DNA of 64,000 bases from Candidatus Omnitrophota bacterium (GCA_016214285.1 JACROV010000077.1:1617-65616), one strand, 5' to 3'. Counted from the stretch's first letter, positions 37,608 to 48,402 are shown. Program-made: numbers and translations. The notes: a model not told the origin generated them from the sequence alone.

Positions 37608-40304
37608 ATGAATAAATCATTTGATCGCAAATCGGTTGAAAAAATATTTAAGACCAAGCGCGGCTCCTATACCATTTTTTCGTTTGATAAATTGGCCAGG
37701 GCTGGGGCGGGAGATCCGCAAGAATTACCGCTTTCGATCAAGGTTCTTCTTGAAAGCGCGCTGCGTCATTACGATAATTATCAGATCACCGCTCAAGACA
37801 TTCAAACGCTCCTGCAATGGTCCCCTGTTCCCGGCCCGGCCAGGGAGTTCGCCTTTAAACCCGGACGCGTGATCCTGCAGGATTTTACCGGCGTTCCGTG
37901 CATCGCGGATCTGGCGGCCATGCGCGCGGCCATGAAGCGCCTCGGCGGCGATATCCGCAAGATTAATCCCCGGGTGCCGTGCGATCTGGTCATTGATCAT
38001 TCGGTCCAGGTTGATGCGTTCGGGACCAAGAGCGCGTTTGGTAAAAATGTTGTGTTGGAATTTAAACGCAATAAAGAACGTTACGAATTTTTGAAGTGGG
38101 GACAGAAGGCGTTTAAAAATTTCCGCGTTGTACCACCGGCAACGGGCATTGTTCATCAGGTCAATCTGGAATATCTTGCCCAAGGTGTTCTCAAAACAAA
38201 GGCGGGAAAAAAGACGGTCATTTATCCGGACAGCCTGGTAGGGACGGACAGCCATACGACGATGATCAACGGCCTGGGTATTGTCGGCTGGGGTGTTGGC
38301 GGCATCGAGGCGGAAGCGGTCATGCTGGGTGAACCCATTTATATGCTGTTGCCGGAAGTGGTCGGGTTCAAGCTTAAAGGTCAATTGCGGGAAGGGGTCA
38401 CGGCGACCGATCTGGTACTGACGGTAACGCAGATTTTACGTCAAACGGGAGTGGTTGACAAATTTGTCGAATTTTATGGCGACGGGTTAAGGTTTTTAAG
38501 CTTGCCGGACCGCGCGACGGTTTCGAACATGGCGCCCGAATATGGCGCGACGATCGGATTATTCCCGATCGATGAAGAGACCCTCAAATATTATCGTCTC
38601 ACCGGGCGCTCGCCCGCGCAGGTGGACCTGATCGAACGTTATATGAAAGAGCAGGGGATGTTTTATGAGATGGGCGCAAAAGACCCTGCTTTTACGAGTA
38701 CGGTTGAGCTTGATTTAGCAACAGTGGAATCGAGCCTTGCCGGCCCCAAACGTCCGCAGGACCGGGTTTCGCTGGTCAACGTCCGGACGGATTTCGAGCA
38801 GAGTCTGGTCAGGCCGGTCAAAGAGCGCGGGTTCGGGCTGGCCACGCAAGCCCTCGGGAAAACCGTCGCTGTCGATGGCAGAGGGAGCATCACGCACGGA
38901 TCCATTGTCATTGCCGCCATCACAAGCTGTACCAATACTTCCAATCCTTCTGTTCTGGTCGGGGCGGCGCTTTTGGCCAAGAAAGCCGTCGAAAAAGGTC
39001 TTGATGTGAAGGAATTCGTCAAAACGAGTTTTGCTCCGGGTTCCCAGGCCGTTGAGGAATATTTACGGGCGGCCGGGTTGCTGAAATATCTTGAAAAATT
39101 AAAATTTCATATTGTTGGTTACGGGTGCACGACTTGTATCGGCAATAGCGGTCCGCTGCCTGATGATGTCGCGCGAGCGATCCAGCAAGGGGATCTGGTG
39201 GCGGTGAGCGTTTTAAGCGGCAACCGCAATTTCGAAGGGCGCGTCAATCCTTATACAAAAGCCAATTATCTCGCGAGCCCTCCTCTGGTTGTCGCTTATG
39301 CCTTGGCGGGCACGGTTGATTTGGACTTGACCAGAGAACCTGTCGGGAAGGACAAAGCCGGCAAGCCGGTTTACTTGCGGGATATTTGGCCGGCGCAGGA
39401 TGAGATCAACAGTGTCGTCAAGAAATTCGTGATCGTTGAAGCGTTCCGGAAGCGTTACAAAAATGTGAACAAGGGTAATAAAGACTGGAATGCCATCAAA
39501 TCAGCGAAATCCGATCTGTATGCCTGGAATGACAAAAGTACCTACATTCAGGAACCGCCGTTTTTTACGGGTATGTCCAGGACAGTAAATCCGATCCAGA
39601 GCATTAAGGGCGCGCGGGTGCTGGTGATGGTCGGTGACTCTGTTACGACGGATCATATCTCCCCGGCCGGGGCATTTAACGCGCAAAGCCCGGCGGGGCA
39701 ATATCTGACGCAACTCGGCGTTCAACCGTCCGATTTTAACAGTTATGGGTCGCGCCGGGGCAACGACCGCGTGATGACGCGCGGGACATTCGCCAATATC
39801 CGCTTGCGTAATCTCCTCGCGCCGGGAACGGAAGGGTCGTGGACGATTCATTCTCCATCCGGGGAAAAGATGAACATCTACGATGCGGCGATCAAATATA
39901 AAGAACAGAATACACCTTTGATCGTTTTAGCCGGCAAAGAATATGGTACCGGTTCCAGCCGGGATTGGGCCGCCAAGGGGGCTGCGTTATTGGGGGTGCG
40001 GGCGGTTTTGGCGCAGAGTTTTGAACGCATTCATCGCAGTAATCTGGCTGGAATGGGGGTCTTGCCGTTGGAATTTAAAAAGGGGGATTCGGCGGAATTT
40101 TTAGGGCTGAAAGGGAATGAAGTTTTTGATTTCTCCGGTGTGGACGATTCCTTAAAGCCTCGTCAGGATATCCGCGCAATCGCCCGGAGTCCTGATGGTT
40201 CCCGTAAAGAGTTTCTTTTGACCGTTCGGCTGGACACGCCTGTGGAAATAGATTATTTTCGTAACGGCGGCATATTGCCGACAGTCTTGCGTAAACTCAT
40301 GTAA
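37608..40304 (+). CDS. acnA: Aconitate hydratase A
   Basis: [24 protein letters not shown], the [10 protein letters not shown] and [12 protein letters not shown] cluster ligands, SGNRNFEGR, and the swivel-domain [16 protein letters not shown] are present. The ATG at 37608 follows AAGGCGAGG; the track start at 37596 is TTG. Confidence 0.95.
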   Translation: MNKSFDRKSVEKIFKTKRGSYTIFSFDKLARAGAGDPQELPLSIKVLLESALRHYDNYQITAQDIQTLLQWSPVPGPAREFAFKPGRVILQDFTGVPCIADLAAMRAAMKRLGGDIRKINPRVPCDLVIDHSVQVDAFGTKSAFGKNVVLEFKRNKERYEFLKWGQKAFKNFRVVPPATGIVHQVNLEYLAQGVLKTKAGKKTVIYPDSLVGTDSHTTMINGLGIVGWGVGGIEAEAVMLGEPIYMLLPEVVGFKLKGQLREGVTATDLVLTVTQILRQTGVVDKFVEFYGDGLRFLSLPDRATVSNMAPEYGATIGLFPIDEETLKYYRLTGRSPAQVDLIERYMKEQGMFYEMGAKDPAFTSTVELDLATVESSLAGPKRPQDRVSLVNVRTDFEQSLVRPVKERGFGLATQALGKTVAVDGRGSITHGSIVIAAITSCTNTSNPSVLVGAALLAKKAVEKGLDVKEFVKTSFAPGSQAVEEYLRAAGLLKYLEKLKFHIVGYGCTTCIGNSGPLPDDVARAIQQGDLVAVSVLSGNRNFEGRVNPYTKANYLASPPLVVAYALAGTVDLDLTREPVGKDKAGKPVYLRDIWPAQDEINSVVKKFVIVEAFRKRYKNVNKGNKDWNAIKSAKSDLYAWNDKSTYIQEPPFFTGMSRTVNPIQSIKGARVLVMVGDSVTTDHISPAGAFNAQSPAGQYLTQLGVQPSDFNSYGSRRGNDRVMTRGTFANIRLRNLLAPGTEGSWTIHSPSGEKMNIYDAAIKYKEQNTPLIVLAGKEYGTGSSRDWAAKGAALLGVRAVLAQSFERIHRSNLAGMGVLPLEFKKGDSAEFLGLKGNEVFDFSGVDDSLKPRQDIRAIARSPDGSRKEFLLTVRLDTPVEIDYFRNGGILPTVLRKLM

Positions 40305-40360
40305 ATTTTCTAACCACAAGATGCTGGACAAGATAAAATAAAATGTTATTATAAGATTTA

Positions 40361-40705
40361 ATGAATATACGGTTAATATTGTCCCAATTTCTGGAGGATC
40401 TTAAAAAGGAGCTGGCCATGGTTACAAAACGAGCGCAAACACAAAAGGACATTTCTTCAATTGCTGTGCGTAGAGGCGTGTCCGCAAAACGTTATCTGCC
40501 CGAAACGACGCCTTCCATCAAAGAGAAAACGAATGCGACGACGCGCAAAGCCGCTAGCGTGGATATCAACACGCCGGCGGCCCGCCAACGCGTTGAAAAG
40601 AAAGCATATGAACTTTACGCGCAACGGGGCTATACCAACGGTAACGATCTGCAGGATTGGCTGACGGCCGAGCAAGTCATTGCTCAAGAGTTATCCGGGA
40701 AATAA
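40361..40705 (+). CDS. DUF2934-domain small protein
   Basis: The C-terminal VEKKAYELYAQRGYTNGNDLQDWLTAEQ matches the DUF2934 consensus (A..Y..RG...G.D..DW..AE). The true start may be the internal ATG encoding MVTKRAQ. Confidence 0.65.
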   Translation: MNIRLILSQFLEDLKKELAMVTKRAQTQKDISSIAVRRGVSAKRYLPETTPSIKEKTNATTRKAASVDINTPAARQRVEKKAYELYAQRGYTNGNDLQDWLTAEQVIAQELSGK

Positions 40706-40829
40706 ATCTTGAATTTCAGCAGTGATGTATTGATGTATTTATGATAATGGCTTGGAACGTTTGTATCCGTATGTGCATGTATCCAGGCAAAATAAAATTA
40801 CAGTTGGCACCAGGGGAGGGAAATAGAAG

Positions 40830-41801
40830 ATGAGTTACCGTTTATTAAAAGCTCTAGCGTATGTGTTTTTCCTTGTCAGTTGTGTCATGGTTTTCCCTCA
40901 AACAGGTAACGCCCGGGACAAAGCGCTTCAGGAAGAACGCCGCAGAGAGGATATGGAAAAGTTGCAGCAAAAGTTTGAATGGTGGCCGACCGACGCCAGG
41001 CCCGCCCCGGTCAAGGATGAAGAGCACGGTGGTTACTGGTGGATGCCGACCGAACCTGGGTCGGCGCGGCCGTGGGGTAATCGGGGGTACATTTATGTGT
41101 ACAAGATCATTTATGATTATAAAGCACAAGATGATGAAGTTTCCGGGCCCGGACCAAAGGCTTCCCTGCTGGTCAAGAAGATCCTTAAGAACGTTAAAAT
41201 TTATTTTGATTACAATAAAGCGGATCTGCGGGATGATCATTTCCCGATCTTGCAAAGCGCGATCAAGTCATTGGGACGCAATCCCGGGGCCGATATTTTA
41301 ATAACCGGCAACTGCGATGTGCGCGGGTCGCCCGAGTTTAATCTTAAGCTTGGGAAAAAGCGGGGCGAAACGGTCAAGCAGTTCATGATCGAGAACGGGA
41401 TCCCTGAAGATCGCATCAAGATCATCAGCCGTGGTAAATTGGACGCCGTGGCGCCGATATCCGATTTGTTCGGGATGCAGAAGGACCGTAACGCGCAGTT
41501 CATGGTGGCGGAAGTTGAGGAAGTTATAATGCCGGCAAGGGGAGAGGGACAATCCGCTCCCGAAGCAACCCGGGTCGAGGACGGGAAAATGGTCGTTGAA
41601 GACCAGGAGAATGTTGAGACAGAAGTCAAAGTGTCCACGCGTGAATATACGGTCCAGAAAAATGATTTTCTGTCAAAAATTGCCCAGGAACAATTGGGTG
41701 GCGCGCACCGCTGGAAATATCTGTATGAACTGAACAAAGACCGGATCAAAGATCCGAATAAGCTGCGTGCGGGGCAGGTCATTCTTATCCCTGTGGAATA
41801 A
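40830..41801 (+). CDS. Pal-like OmpA-domain peptidoglycan-binding protein with C-terminal LysM domain
   Basis: There is a signal peptide. The OmpA/Pal core is IYFDYNKADLRDD...ILITGNCDVRGSPEFNLKLGKKRGETVKQFMIENGIPEDRIKIISRGK. The LysM is YTVQKNDFLSKIAQEQLGGAHRWKYLYELNKDRIKDPNKLRAGQVILIP. Confidence 0.85.
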   Translation: MSYRLLKALAYVFFLVSCVMVFPQTGNARDKALQEERRREDMEKLQQKFEWWPTDARPAPVKDEEHGGYWWMPTEPGSARPWGNRGYIYVYKIIYDYKAQDDEVSGPGPKASLLVKKILKNVKIYFDYNKADLRDDHFPILQSAIKSLGRNPGADILITGNCDVRGSPEFNLKLGKKRGETVKQFMIENGIPEDRIKIISRGKLDAVAPISDLFGMQKDRNAQFMVAEVEEVIMPARGEGQSAPEATRVEDGKMVVEDQENVETEVKVSTREYTVQKNDFLSKIAQEQLGGAHRWKYLYELNKDRIKDPNKLRAGQVILIPVE

Positions 41802-41900
41802 AAAATAAAGTGAGCTGGGTCTACGGTCCCCAGTCAGTCAGAAAACATTTGGGTTTTTCTTTCTTTCCAATCCTAGGCCTGCAGTTTTCGGTTCCGCTTT

Positions 41901-43190
41901 ATGACTGACTCCGCTCGGTTTAATGCAATCGCCCAGCATTTAAGCAATTATTTCGAGATATTTTTCTGGATCGTCTGTGGAGTGACCATCGTTTTGGGCC
42001 TGCTCGTGGTGCTCTTACGCCTGAGGGAGGTCAGCCTTCAGGCCATTTCCAAAGCGGCTATTCAGAATATTTTATTTTCGTCCGTTGTCGTGGGACAGTT
42101 ATTGCTGCTTTTGGCGGTTTGTTATCTGTTCTGGTTCAATTATTATAACCCCGCTCCTGTTCTCCGGTTTCCGGGAGATGTTTTGGCCGATACCTATTGG
42201 GTCAAAGATGATCTGGAAATATATTTCATTGATGAAAACCGTTTGCAAAGCGTCGAAATCAACGGACGGAATAAAAGAGATGTTTTGGTCGCCGCTGATC
42301 CGGTCAAAGAATATCATTTCTCACCTGATGGAGAATATCTGCTTGTCGCGACTTCGCGGGAAATTTATCTGATCGACCGCAATACGGAAGAAAAACAACT
42401 CATCGATTCATGGGGCCAGCCGGATGCGGTCGGGGAATGGAAGGGTGTTATTAGCGGTATCCGCTGGGCGCCGGATAGCCGTCGTTTTTGCTATGAGGTG
42501 GCCCGCTGGTCCAGTTATTCGTCGCAAAATCATTTGTATATCTATGATGTCCAGGAAAAACAAAAACGAACGCTTCAAAGCCCGACTCGGCGGATCTCAT
42601 CACTGTACTGGGACCGTGCCGGCCTAAATCTTTACTATGTTGAGCGGGAGGCAAAGGATACATCCGTTCACGCGTATGCGTTCGATGTCAACGTTTTTCG
42701 CATACCGCTAGTTTCTTTGAACCCGGAGTTTGTGGCGAAAATCCCTTATGATCGATCGGGTATTCCAACGGCAAATTTGACCGTTCGCGGGATCGATCTT
42801 TTCCTGGAAGGAAATGTGTTTTCTTTTTCGCCAGGGACGGCCAGAGATATTTTGGTTTCGGATAAGGGAAAGGTCCTGGGTGTGGATGACGATGATCATC
42901 TTTATTATGTGCCCAGGGAATGGTTCCGCAGGCGGTTATTCCGCATTCAACGCGAAGCCCGTCCCGGCGACATCGCGCGCCACGCGTACAAGGGGGGCGA
43001 CCTGACAATTACCCAAATTCGCTGGATTCCCGGCGGGCGATATGCTATTATTCACCATCGATATTTGGGGCTGCTGGTCGTCGAACCAGCGACACGAAAG
43101 ATCGGACTGTTGATTGCGGCTAGAGGTAACGCGTTTGGCTGGTACGATAAGAATTTTTTGGTGCACGCAGGGACGCACCCGGCGCAATGA
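41901..43190 (+). CDS. Hypothetical membrane-anchored protein with TolB/PD40-like beta-propeller signatures
   Basis: There are two N-terminal TM helices followed by repeated strands: YHFSPDGEYLLVAT, IRWAPDSRRFCYEV, LYWDRAGLNLYYVE and IRWIPGGRYAIIHH. The fold call is by pattern only. Confidence 0.5.
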   Translation: MTDSARFNAIAQHLSNYFEIFFWIVCGVTIVLGLLVVLLRLREVSLQAISKAAIQNILFSSVVVGQLLLLLAVCYLFWFNYYNPAPVLRFPGDVLADTYWVKDDLEIYFIDENRLQSVEINGRNKRDVLVAADPVKEYHFSPDGEYLLVATSREIYLIDRNTEEKQLIDSWGQPDAVGEWKGVISGIRWAPDSRRFCYEVARWSSYSSQNHLYIYDVQEKQKRTLQSPTRRISSLYWDRAGLNLYYVEREAKDTSVHAYAFDVNVFRIPLVSLNPEFVAKIPYDRSGIPTANLTVRGIDLFLEGNVFSFSPGTARDILVSDKGKVLGVDDDDHLYYVPREWFRRRLFRIQREARPGDIARHAYKGGDLTITQIRWIPGGRYAIIHHRYLGLLVVEPATRKIGLLIAARGNAFGWYDKNFLVHAGTHPAQ

Positions 43191-43237
43191 GTGACCTGAT
43201 AAAATTTTAGTGGATGTGGAAGAAACAGGAGGAAGAG

Positions 43238-43855
43238 ATGAAAAGAACATGGCTTGTATGGACCCTGGTGGGCGGTGTGCTGGTGACGGTGTTGATAGCG
43301 TTTAATTATGAACGCGGCAAAGAAGCCGTTCCTTTAAGCGAAATATTCCCGGGAAAAGGGGCGCTTCATAATGAGGTCGAATATGAATTTTTTGATACGG
43401 ACGAGAAGGGATCCGCTTTGGTCGCGACGGCTGAAACGAAACAACCAAGCCGTCCTGCTCAAGCGGCGCCAACGGCTGCGGCCAAAGCGCCGGTGACATC
43501 GGTTCCAGCGAAACCGGCCCCTGCTGGGACGAGTTCCACTGCCAAACCCAAGACAACGGTTGTCACTCCGGCTGGTTCATCGGGCGGCATCACAACACCG
43601 ACGGGGGGAAACGGAAAGATCTATACCATTCAAGTCGCCGCTTTTAAAGAGCGTAGCCGCGCCGATAAGGCCGTGGCCCAGGCCCAACAAAAAGGATATC
43701 CGGCGTATGTCGATGAAAAAAGTCGAAGCGATGGCAGTATTTGGTACCAGATATGTATCGGAAAGTTCGATACGCACTCTCCCGCCAAAGAATTGTTAAT
43801 AAAGATCAAGCAAGATTATAAAGACGGATTCATCCGGACGTTGTCCGGCAAATAG
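43238..43855 (+). CDS. SPOR-domain (septal peptidoglycan-binding) protein
   Basis: There is an N-terminal TM segment and an Ala/Pro/Thr-rich linker. The SPOR domain is YTIQVAAFKERSRADKAVAQAQQKGYPAYVDEK...WYQICIGKFDTHSPAKELLIKIK. I prefer the ATG at 43238 (MKRTW). Confidence 0.8.
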   Translation: MKRTWLVWTLVGGVLVTVLIAFNYERGKEAVPLSEIFPGKGALHNEVEYEFFDTDEKGSALVATAETKQPSRPAQAAPTAAAKAPVTSVPAKPAPAGTSSTAKPKTTVVTPAGSSGGITTPTGGNGKIYTIQVAAFKERSRADKAVAQAQQKGYPAYVDEKSRSDGSIWYQICIGKFDTHSPAKELLIKIKQDYKDGFIRTLSGK

Positions 43856-43952
43856 TCTTTCAATAATTACAACGGTTGAAATATCACGAATAATTAATGA
43901 CGATATCCGGCGGTAGCGCGGCAAAAGATCTCCTGGTCAAATCTTTCCGTCC

Positions 43953-44162
43953 ATGAACGAAGCAAAGCTGCGAATGGTCTTGCGCTGGACCCACATCATC
44001 CTTGGCCTGGTGATCGTGTGTTATATTTATTCGCCGTGGGCAACGTTCGTGTCTTTCCAGGTCATTGTTAAGTTTGTCATCGTGCCCGTTATTGTTGTGA
44101 CAGGAATTTGGATATGGAAATTCACGGCTTTTAACAAGTTGCTTAAGATAAAACATCGGTGA
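43953..44162 (+). CDS. Small hypothetical membrane protein (2 TM)
   Basis: This 69-aa ORF has two clear hydrophobic helices, lies on the same strand as its neighbours and ends at the pckA upstream region. There is no homology evidence. Confidence 0.35.
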   Translation: MNEAKLRMVLRWTHIILGLVIVCYIYSPWATFVSFQVIVKFVIVPVIVVTGIWIWKFTAFNKLLKIKHR

Positions 44163-44197
44163 AACTCTCATCTCAAATAAGCTTTAAGGACGCGAAT

Positions 44198-45844
44198 ATG
44201 AAAACAGAGAGTTTAAATATTCCAGTGATCAGCGAACACCTGGCGTCGGTTGGCGTGAAGGATTGCCCTGCGATTCTTTGCAACTTGACCTATGATGAAC
44301 TTTTTACGCGCGAAACAGATCCTTCGCTGGATGGATACGAGCGTGGCATCGTCGCGGAGTCCGGTGCCGTGGCCGTGGATACGGGAAAATTCACGGGGCG
44401 CTCTCCGAAAGACAAATATATCGTTGAGGATGACCGGACGCGCGATACGGTCTGGTGGCAGACCGGGGAAACCGGCAGTTCGGATAATAAACGACTTTCG
44501 CCGCAGGTCTGGCAGCATCTCAAAAACATCGCGGCCGGTCAGTTGAGCGGGAAAAAGATCTATGTGATGGACGGCTTTTGTGGCGCGAACCCGCAAACGC
44601 GATTGCGGATCCGGCTGGTGACCGAACTGGCCTGGATGGCGCACTTTTTTAAAAATATGTTCATCCGGCCCACCGGCCAGGAATTAGAAGATTTTAAGCC
44701 GGACTGGACGATCCTCAATGCGTGCAAGGCCGCCAATCCGGACTGCGCCAAATTGAATATGCGCTCGGAAGCTTTTGTCGCCTTCAACATGACGGAACAG
44801 ATGATCGTCATTGGCGGAACGTGGTATGGAGGAGAGATCAAAAAAGGGGTCTTTTCCGTTATGAACTATGTTTTGCCGCTCAAGGATATCGGATCGTTCC
44901 ATTGTTCGGCGAATATGGGCAAATCCGGCGACACGGCGCTTTTTTTTGGCCTTTCCGGGACCGGCAAAACCACGCTTTCGGCAGACCCCAAGCGGTTGTT
45001 GATCGGTGATGATGAGCATGGGTGGGACGATGAAGGGGTGTTCAATCTTGAAGGCGGTTGTTACGCCAAATGTATTAATCTCACTTTGGAACGAGAGCCG
45101 GATATTTATCGCGCCATCCGGCGCAACGCCTTGCTGGAAAATGTGGATATCACGAAAGACGGCAAGGTTGATTTTGCATCTAAGAAAAAAACGGAAAATA
45201 CGCGCGTTTCCTATCCGATCGACCATATCCGGCAAATCGTCAAACCGGTTTCCAAGGGAGGACATCCGAAAAAGATTATTTTTTTGACCTGTGACGCGTA
45301 TGGCGTTCTGCCGCCGGTCGCCAAATTAACCAAAGAGCAAGGAATGTACCATTACTTGAGCGGGTACACGGCCAAGATCGCGGGAACGGAGCTCGGTGTC
45401 ACTGAACCCAGAGCGGCATTTTCCGCCTGCTTCGGCCAGGCGTTTTTAATGCTGCATCCGACAAAATACGCGGATATTTTAGGACAGAAAATTGATCAAC
45501 ATGGAGCGTCTATCTATCTTATCAATACCGGATGGGTGGGAGGAAAATACGGGGTTGGCAAACGGATATCCCTTGAAGCCAATCGCCGCATTATTGATGC
45601 GATTTTGAGCGGCCAGCTTGACCAGGGCAAATTTACCGTACTGCCGATATTTAATTTGTATATTCCCGCGCAAATTACCGGAGTTGACCCGCAGATTTTT
45701 AACCCGCGAAATTCATGGAAAGATAAGGCTGACTACGACCAAACGGCGCGCAAACTCGCGGAAATGTTTATCGCGAATTTTAAAAAATTTGAAGATACTC
45801 CGAAAGGGAAATCCCTGGCTGCGGCCGGACCTCGATTACCGTAA
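44198..45844 (+). CDS. pckA: Phosphoenolpyruvate carboxykinase (ATP)
   Basis: [11 protein letters not shown], the kinase-1a motif [26 protein letters not shown] and NTGWVGG are present. I prefer the ATG at 44198 (MKTESL) over the GTG at 44159. Confidence 0.95.
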   Translation: MKTESLNIPVISEHLASVGVKDCPAILCNLTYDELFTRETDPSLDGYERGIVAESGAVAVDTGKFTGRSPKDKYIVEDDRTRDTVWWQTGETGSSDNKRLSPQVWQHLKNIAAGQLSGKKIYVMDGFCGANPQTRLRIRLVTELAWMAHFFKNMFIRPTGQELEDFKPDWTILNACKAANPDCAKLNMRSEAFVAFNMTEQMIVIGGTWYGGEIKKGVFSVMNYVLPLKDIGSFHCSANMGKSGDTALFFGLSGTGKTTLSADPKRLLIGDDEHGWDDEGVFNLEGGCYAKCINLTLEREPDIYRAIRRNALLENVDITKDGKVDFASKKKTENTRVSYPIDHIRQIVKPVSKGGHPKKIIFLTCDAYGVLPPVAKLTKEQGMYHYLSGYTAKIAGTELGVTEPRAAFSACFGQAFLMLHPTKYADILGQKIDQHGASIYLINTGWVGGKYGVGKRISLEANRRIIDAILSGQLDQGKFTVLPIFNLYIPAQITGVDPQIFNPRNSWKDKADYDQTARKLAEMFIANFKKFEDTPKGKSLAAAGPRLP

Positions 45845-45858
45845 TCTAAATAACGCCT

Positions 45859-46485
45859 ATGTCTCGACGATCCAAATTGCGCGTTACGATTCTTATTGTT
45901 GCCGTTAGCGTCACCGTTGCCCTGGCGGTAAAGTTTTTTTTAGGGCTCACGCCGCGCGATACGCGTTTTCCCGATGAGATGCGGGCAAAGGGAAATAAGA
46001 ACGCTCCGATCCGTATCACCGAATTTATCGACCTGGAATGTCCCGCCTGCGCCCGCGGGGCCGAATATCTGGCCCGGATGATGGCCATGCACCCTGAGGC
46101 GATCCGGTTGGATCTTAAATACTTTCCGTTGCCCGGTCACCGCCATGGTTTTTCAGCGGCCCGCTATACTGAATGCGCTGCCCGGCAGGGGAGATTCTGG
46201 CCGTTCCATGACGCGTTGCTCTCGCGTCAGGCCAATTGGAGCCGCTTGCTGGACGCGACTCCGGCCTTCGCGCTTATTGCTCAAGAGGTCGCCATCGATA
46301 AAGACAAATTGAGCGCGTGTCTGAACGATAAATCCGTTGATGCCCTCATTCAGCAGAGCCGTCTGGAAGGGGCGCGGCGCGGGGTCAGGAGCACTCCGAC
46401 GTATTACGTGAACGGGAAGATGGTCGTCGGCATGCAATCTCTGGAGTCCGAACTTGAACGATTGCTTTCGGAAATTAAAAAATAG
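45859..46485 (+). CDS. DsbA-family thiol:disulfide oxidoreductase, membrane-anchored or exported
   Basis: There is an N-terminal hydrophobic anchor. The active site is LECPACA (CPAC). The thioredoxin-fold C-terminus is GVRSTPTYYVNG. Confidence 0.85.
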   Translation: MSRRSKLRVTILIVAVSVTVALAVKFFLGLTPRDTRFPDEMRAKGNKNAPIRITEFIDLECPACARGAEYLARMMAMHPEAIRLDLKYFPLPGHRHGFSAARYTECAARQGRFWPFHDALLSRQANWSRLLDATPAFALIAQEVAIDKDKLSACLNDKSVDALIQQSRLEGARRGVRSTPTYYVNGKMVVGMQSLESELERLLSEIKK

Positions 46486-46933
46486 CCGATATCCATTGTT
46501 ACGGATGGTCATCGGCGGCATTTTTGTCGTTTCCGGCTTTGAAAAGCTCATCGGGCCATACCAGAATTTTCTTTATGTCATCCAGAATCATTCCTTTTTA
46601 CCACTCTTTCTGGCCGAGTTCGTTGCCCGCGTCTTACCCTGGATCGAATTTTGTCTGGGGATATTCCTTGTCTTGGGTCTTTGGCTCAGATGGACGTTGC
46701 GCGCGGTAATGGCGTTGTTGTTAATGTTCATGGCCGTTGTCATTCAGGCGCTTATTCGTAACTTGCCGATTGGGGAATGCGGTTGTTTCGGCGCGTTGAT
46801 CTCGTTTCCCCTGCCGGTCATCCTGGCATTCGACACAACGATCTTTGTTCTTGCCTGGGTCCTTTCGTTTCGAAGGAAGGAAGCAGAATGTTGCAGTATG
46901 GACAGGTATTTGGCGCAGAATGAAAACGCATGA
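46454..46933 (+). CDS. MauE/DoxX-family membrane protein
   Basis: There are four TM helices, LLRMVIGGIFVVSGFEKL and a GECGCFG cysteine motif typical of MauE-like proteins. It overlaps the dsbA-like gene end; the real start may be the Met in LRMVIGG. Confidence 0.72.
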   Translation: MNDCFRKLKNSRYPLLRMVIGGIFVVSGFEKLIGPYQNFLYVIQNHSFLPLFLAEFVARVLPWIEFCLGIFLVLGLWLRWTLRAVMALLLMFMAVVIQALIRNLPIGECGCFGALISFPLPVILAFDTTIFVLAWVLSFRRKEAECCSMDRYLAQNENA

Positions 46934-48402
46934 TCCGCATTTTTACCGTCATTTTGTTTGTGACCTTTAGTTTCTTTCCGATGGCCCACGCCGACACAAA
47001 GATCAAACGTCCCAATGTCAGCGGCCAGTTTTACACGGCCGAGCCGCGGGAGTTGTCCGCGCAGATCGGGGAATTTTTTCAGCGGGCGGATGTCACGCCT
47101 GCGGACCGGCACATCGATATTGTGATCGCCCCGCATGCCGGGTACATGTATTCCGGGGCGGTCGCCGCGTACGGCTTTAAGGCCGCCAGCCGCAATAAAT
47201 ACACCACGGTTGTTATTTTGGCGCCCAGCCATTATTCCGGGTTTGACGGCATTTCCGTTGGCCAGCAGGACGGATTCCAAACGCCGCTAGGCATCGTCAA
47301 TGTCGATCAGGAATTTGCGAAGCAGCTTATTGCGGAAAACGAAAAATTTTACTTCGCTCCGGAACCCTTTGAGCGAGAGCACTCCCTTGAGGTTGAAATT
47401 CCGTTTTTGCAGAAAATATTTACCAATTTTAAAATTGTTCCTGTGATCATGGGACAACCTGGTTTCGTACTGTTGGAGAAATTTGCCGCCAGTCTAAATA
47501 AAATTATCGGTGAACGCAAGGATGTCCTGATCGTTGTCAGCACGGATCTCTCGCATTATCATCCAGATGTCAAGGCGAGAACGATGGACGCGCTCGCGAT
47601 CAAGGCGATCACTTCCTTTGATGCTAAAGCGGTTTGGGAAGGATGCCAACGGCGCAGCGCCATGGAGATGTGCGGATTTGTGCCAACGACCGCGGCGCTT
47701 TTGTACGCGCGCCAGCGCGGACTCACGCACGCGCAGATGTTGCGCTATGCCAATTCGGGTGATGTGACTGGAGACCGGAATAGCGTCGTTGGGTATACAT
47801 CGATCATTATTTATGGCGATGCGCAAAAAGATGAAGATAAAGATGCTTTAACTCCGGCGCAAAAGAAGCGCCTTCTTGACATTGCCCGGCAGACAATGGA
47901 TGAATACGTGCGCACGGGTAAGACCCTTGAGTTTCTGGAGACTGACCCACGTTTATTGCGGGAGGAAGGAGCCTTTGCAACGATCCATAAACAGGGGCGA
48001 TTGCGCGGGTGTATCGGCAATATCCTGGGGCGTGGGCCGCTGTGCCAAACGGTGCGGGATATGGCGATTGCCGCTGCCGCCAAAGATCCGCGTTTTGATC
48101 CTGTCCAGGCGCAAGAGCTGAAGGACCTGGATATCGAAGTTTCGGTATTGTCAAAGCCGCGTACGATCAAAAATGCCGATGAGATCATTTTAGGGAAACA
48201 TGGCGTGATCGTCAGTCAGGGGCCGGGGCACCAGGGAGTTTTTCTGCCGCAGGTCGCCACCGAAACGGGATGGTCGAAAGAGGAGTTCCTGAACCAGCTG
48301 TGCGCGCAAAAAGCCGGCCTTGCCCCGGATGCCTGGAAAGATCCAAAAACAAAGATCGAGATCTTCACGGCGCAGGTCTTTGGCGAAAAAGACGTCCAAT
48401 AG
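46930..48402 (+). CDS. Fusion of Memo-like (AmmeMemoRadiSam system protein B) and AMMECR1 (protein A) domains, with a signal-peptide-like N-terminus
   Basis: The Memo half has SGQFY, IAPHAGYMYSGAVAAYGF, VILAPSH and STDLSHYH. The AMMECR1 half has GAFATIHKQGRLRGCIGNI, DPRF and GVFLPQV. The N-terminus MIRIFTVILFVTFSFFPMAHA|D resembles a Sec signal. The start overlaps the upstream stop (ATGA). Confidence 0.87.
   Translation: MIRIFTVILFVTFSFFPMAHADTKIKRPNVSGQFYTAEPRELSAQIGEFFQRADVTPADRHIDIVIAPHAGYMYSGAVAAYGFKAASRNKYTTVVILAPSHYSGFDGISVGQQDGFQTPLGIVNVDQEFAKQLIAENEKFYFAPEPFEREHSLEVEIPFLQKIFTNFKIVPVIMGQPGFVLLEKFAASLNKIIGERKDVLIVVSTDLSHYHPDVKARTMDALAIKAITSFDAKAVWEGCQRRSAMEMCGFVPTTAALLYARQRGLTHAQMLRYANSGDVTGDRNSVVGYTSIIIYGDAQKDEDKDALTPAQKKRLLDIARQTMDEYVRTGKTLEFLETDPRLLREEGAFATIHKQGRLRGCIGNILGRGPLCQTVRDMAIAAAAKDPRFDPVQAQELKDLDIEVSVLSKPRTIKNADEIILGKHGVIVSQGPGHQGVFLPQVATETGWSKEEFLNQLCAQKAGLAPDAWKDPKTKIEIFTAQVFGEKDVQ

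Noticed and set aside
37725-38384. 219-aa minus-strand ORF and other antisense ORFs within acnA.
   Set aside because: They are shadow ORFs inside a strongly supported aconitase gene.
43884-44171. 95-aa minus-strand ORF overlapping the small + strand membrane ORF.
   Set aside because: The + strand reading frame gives two clean TM helices and matches the orientation of all neighbours. The minus-strand product is polar and low complexity. Neither has homology support, so only the + ORF is listed, at low confidence.
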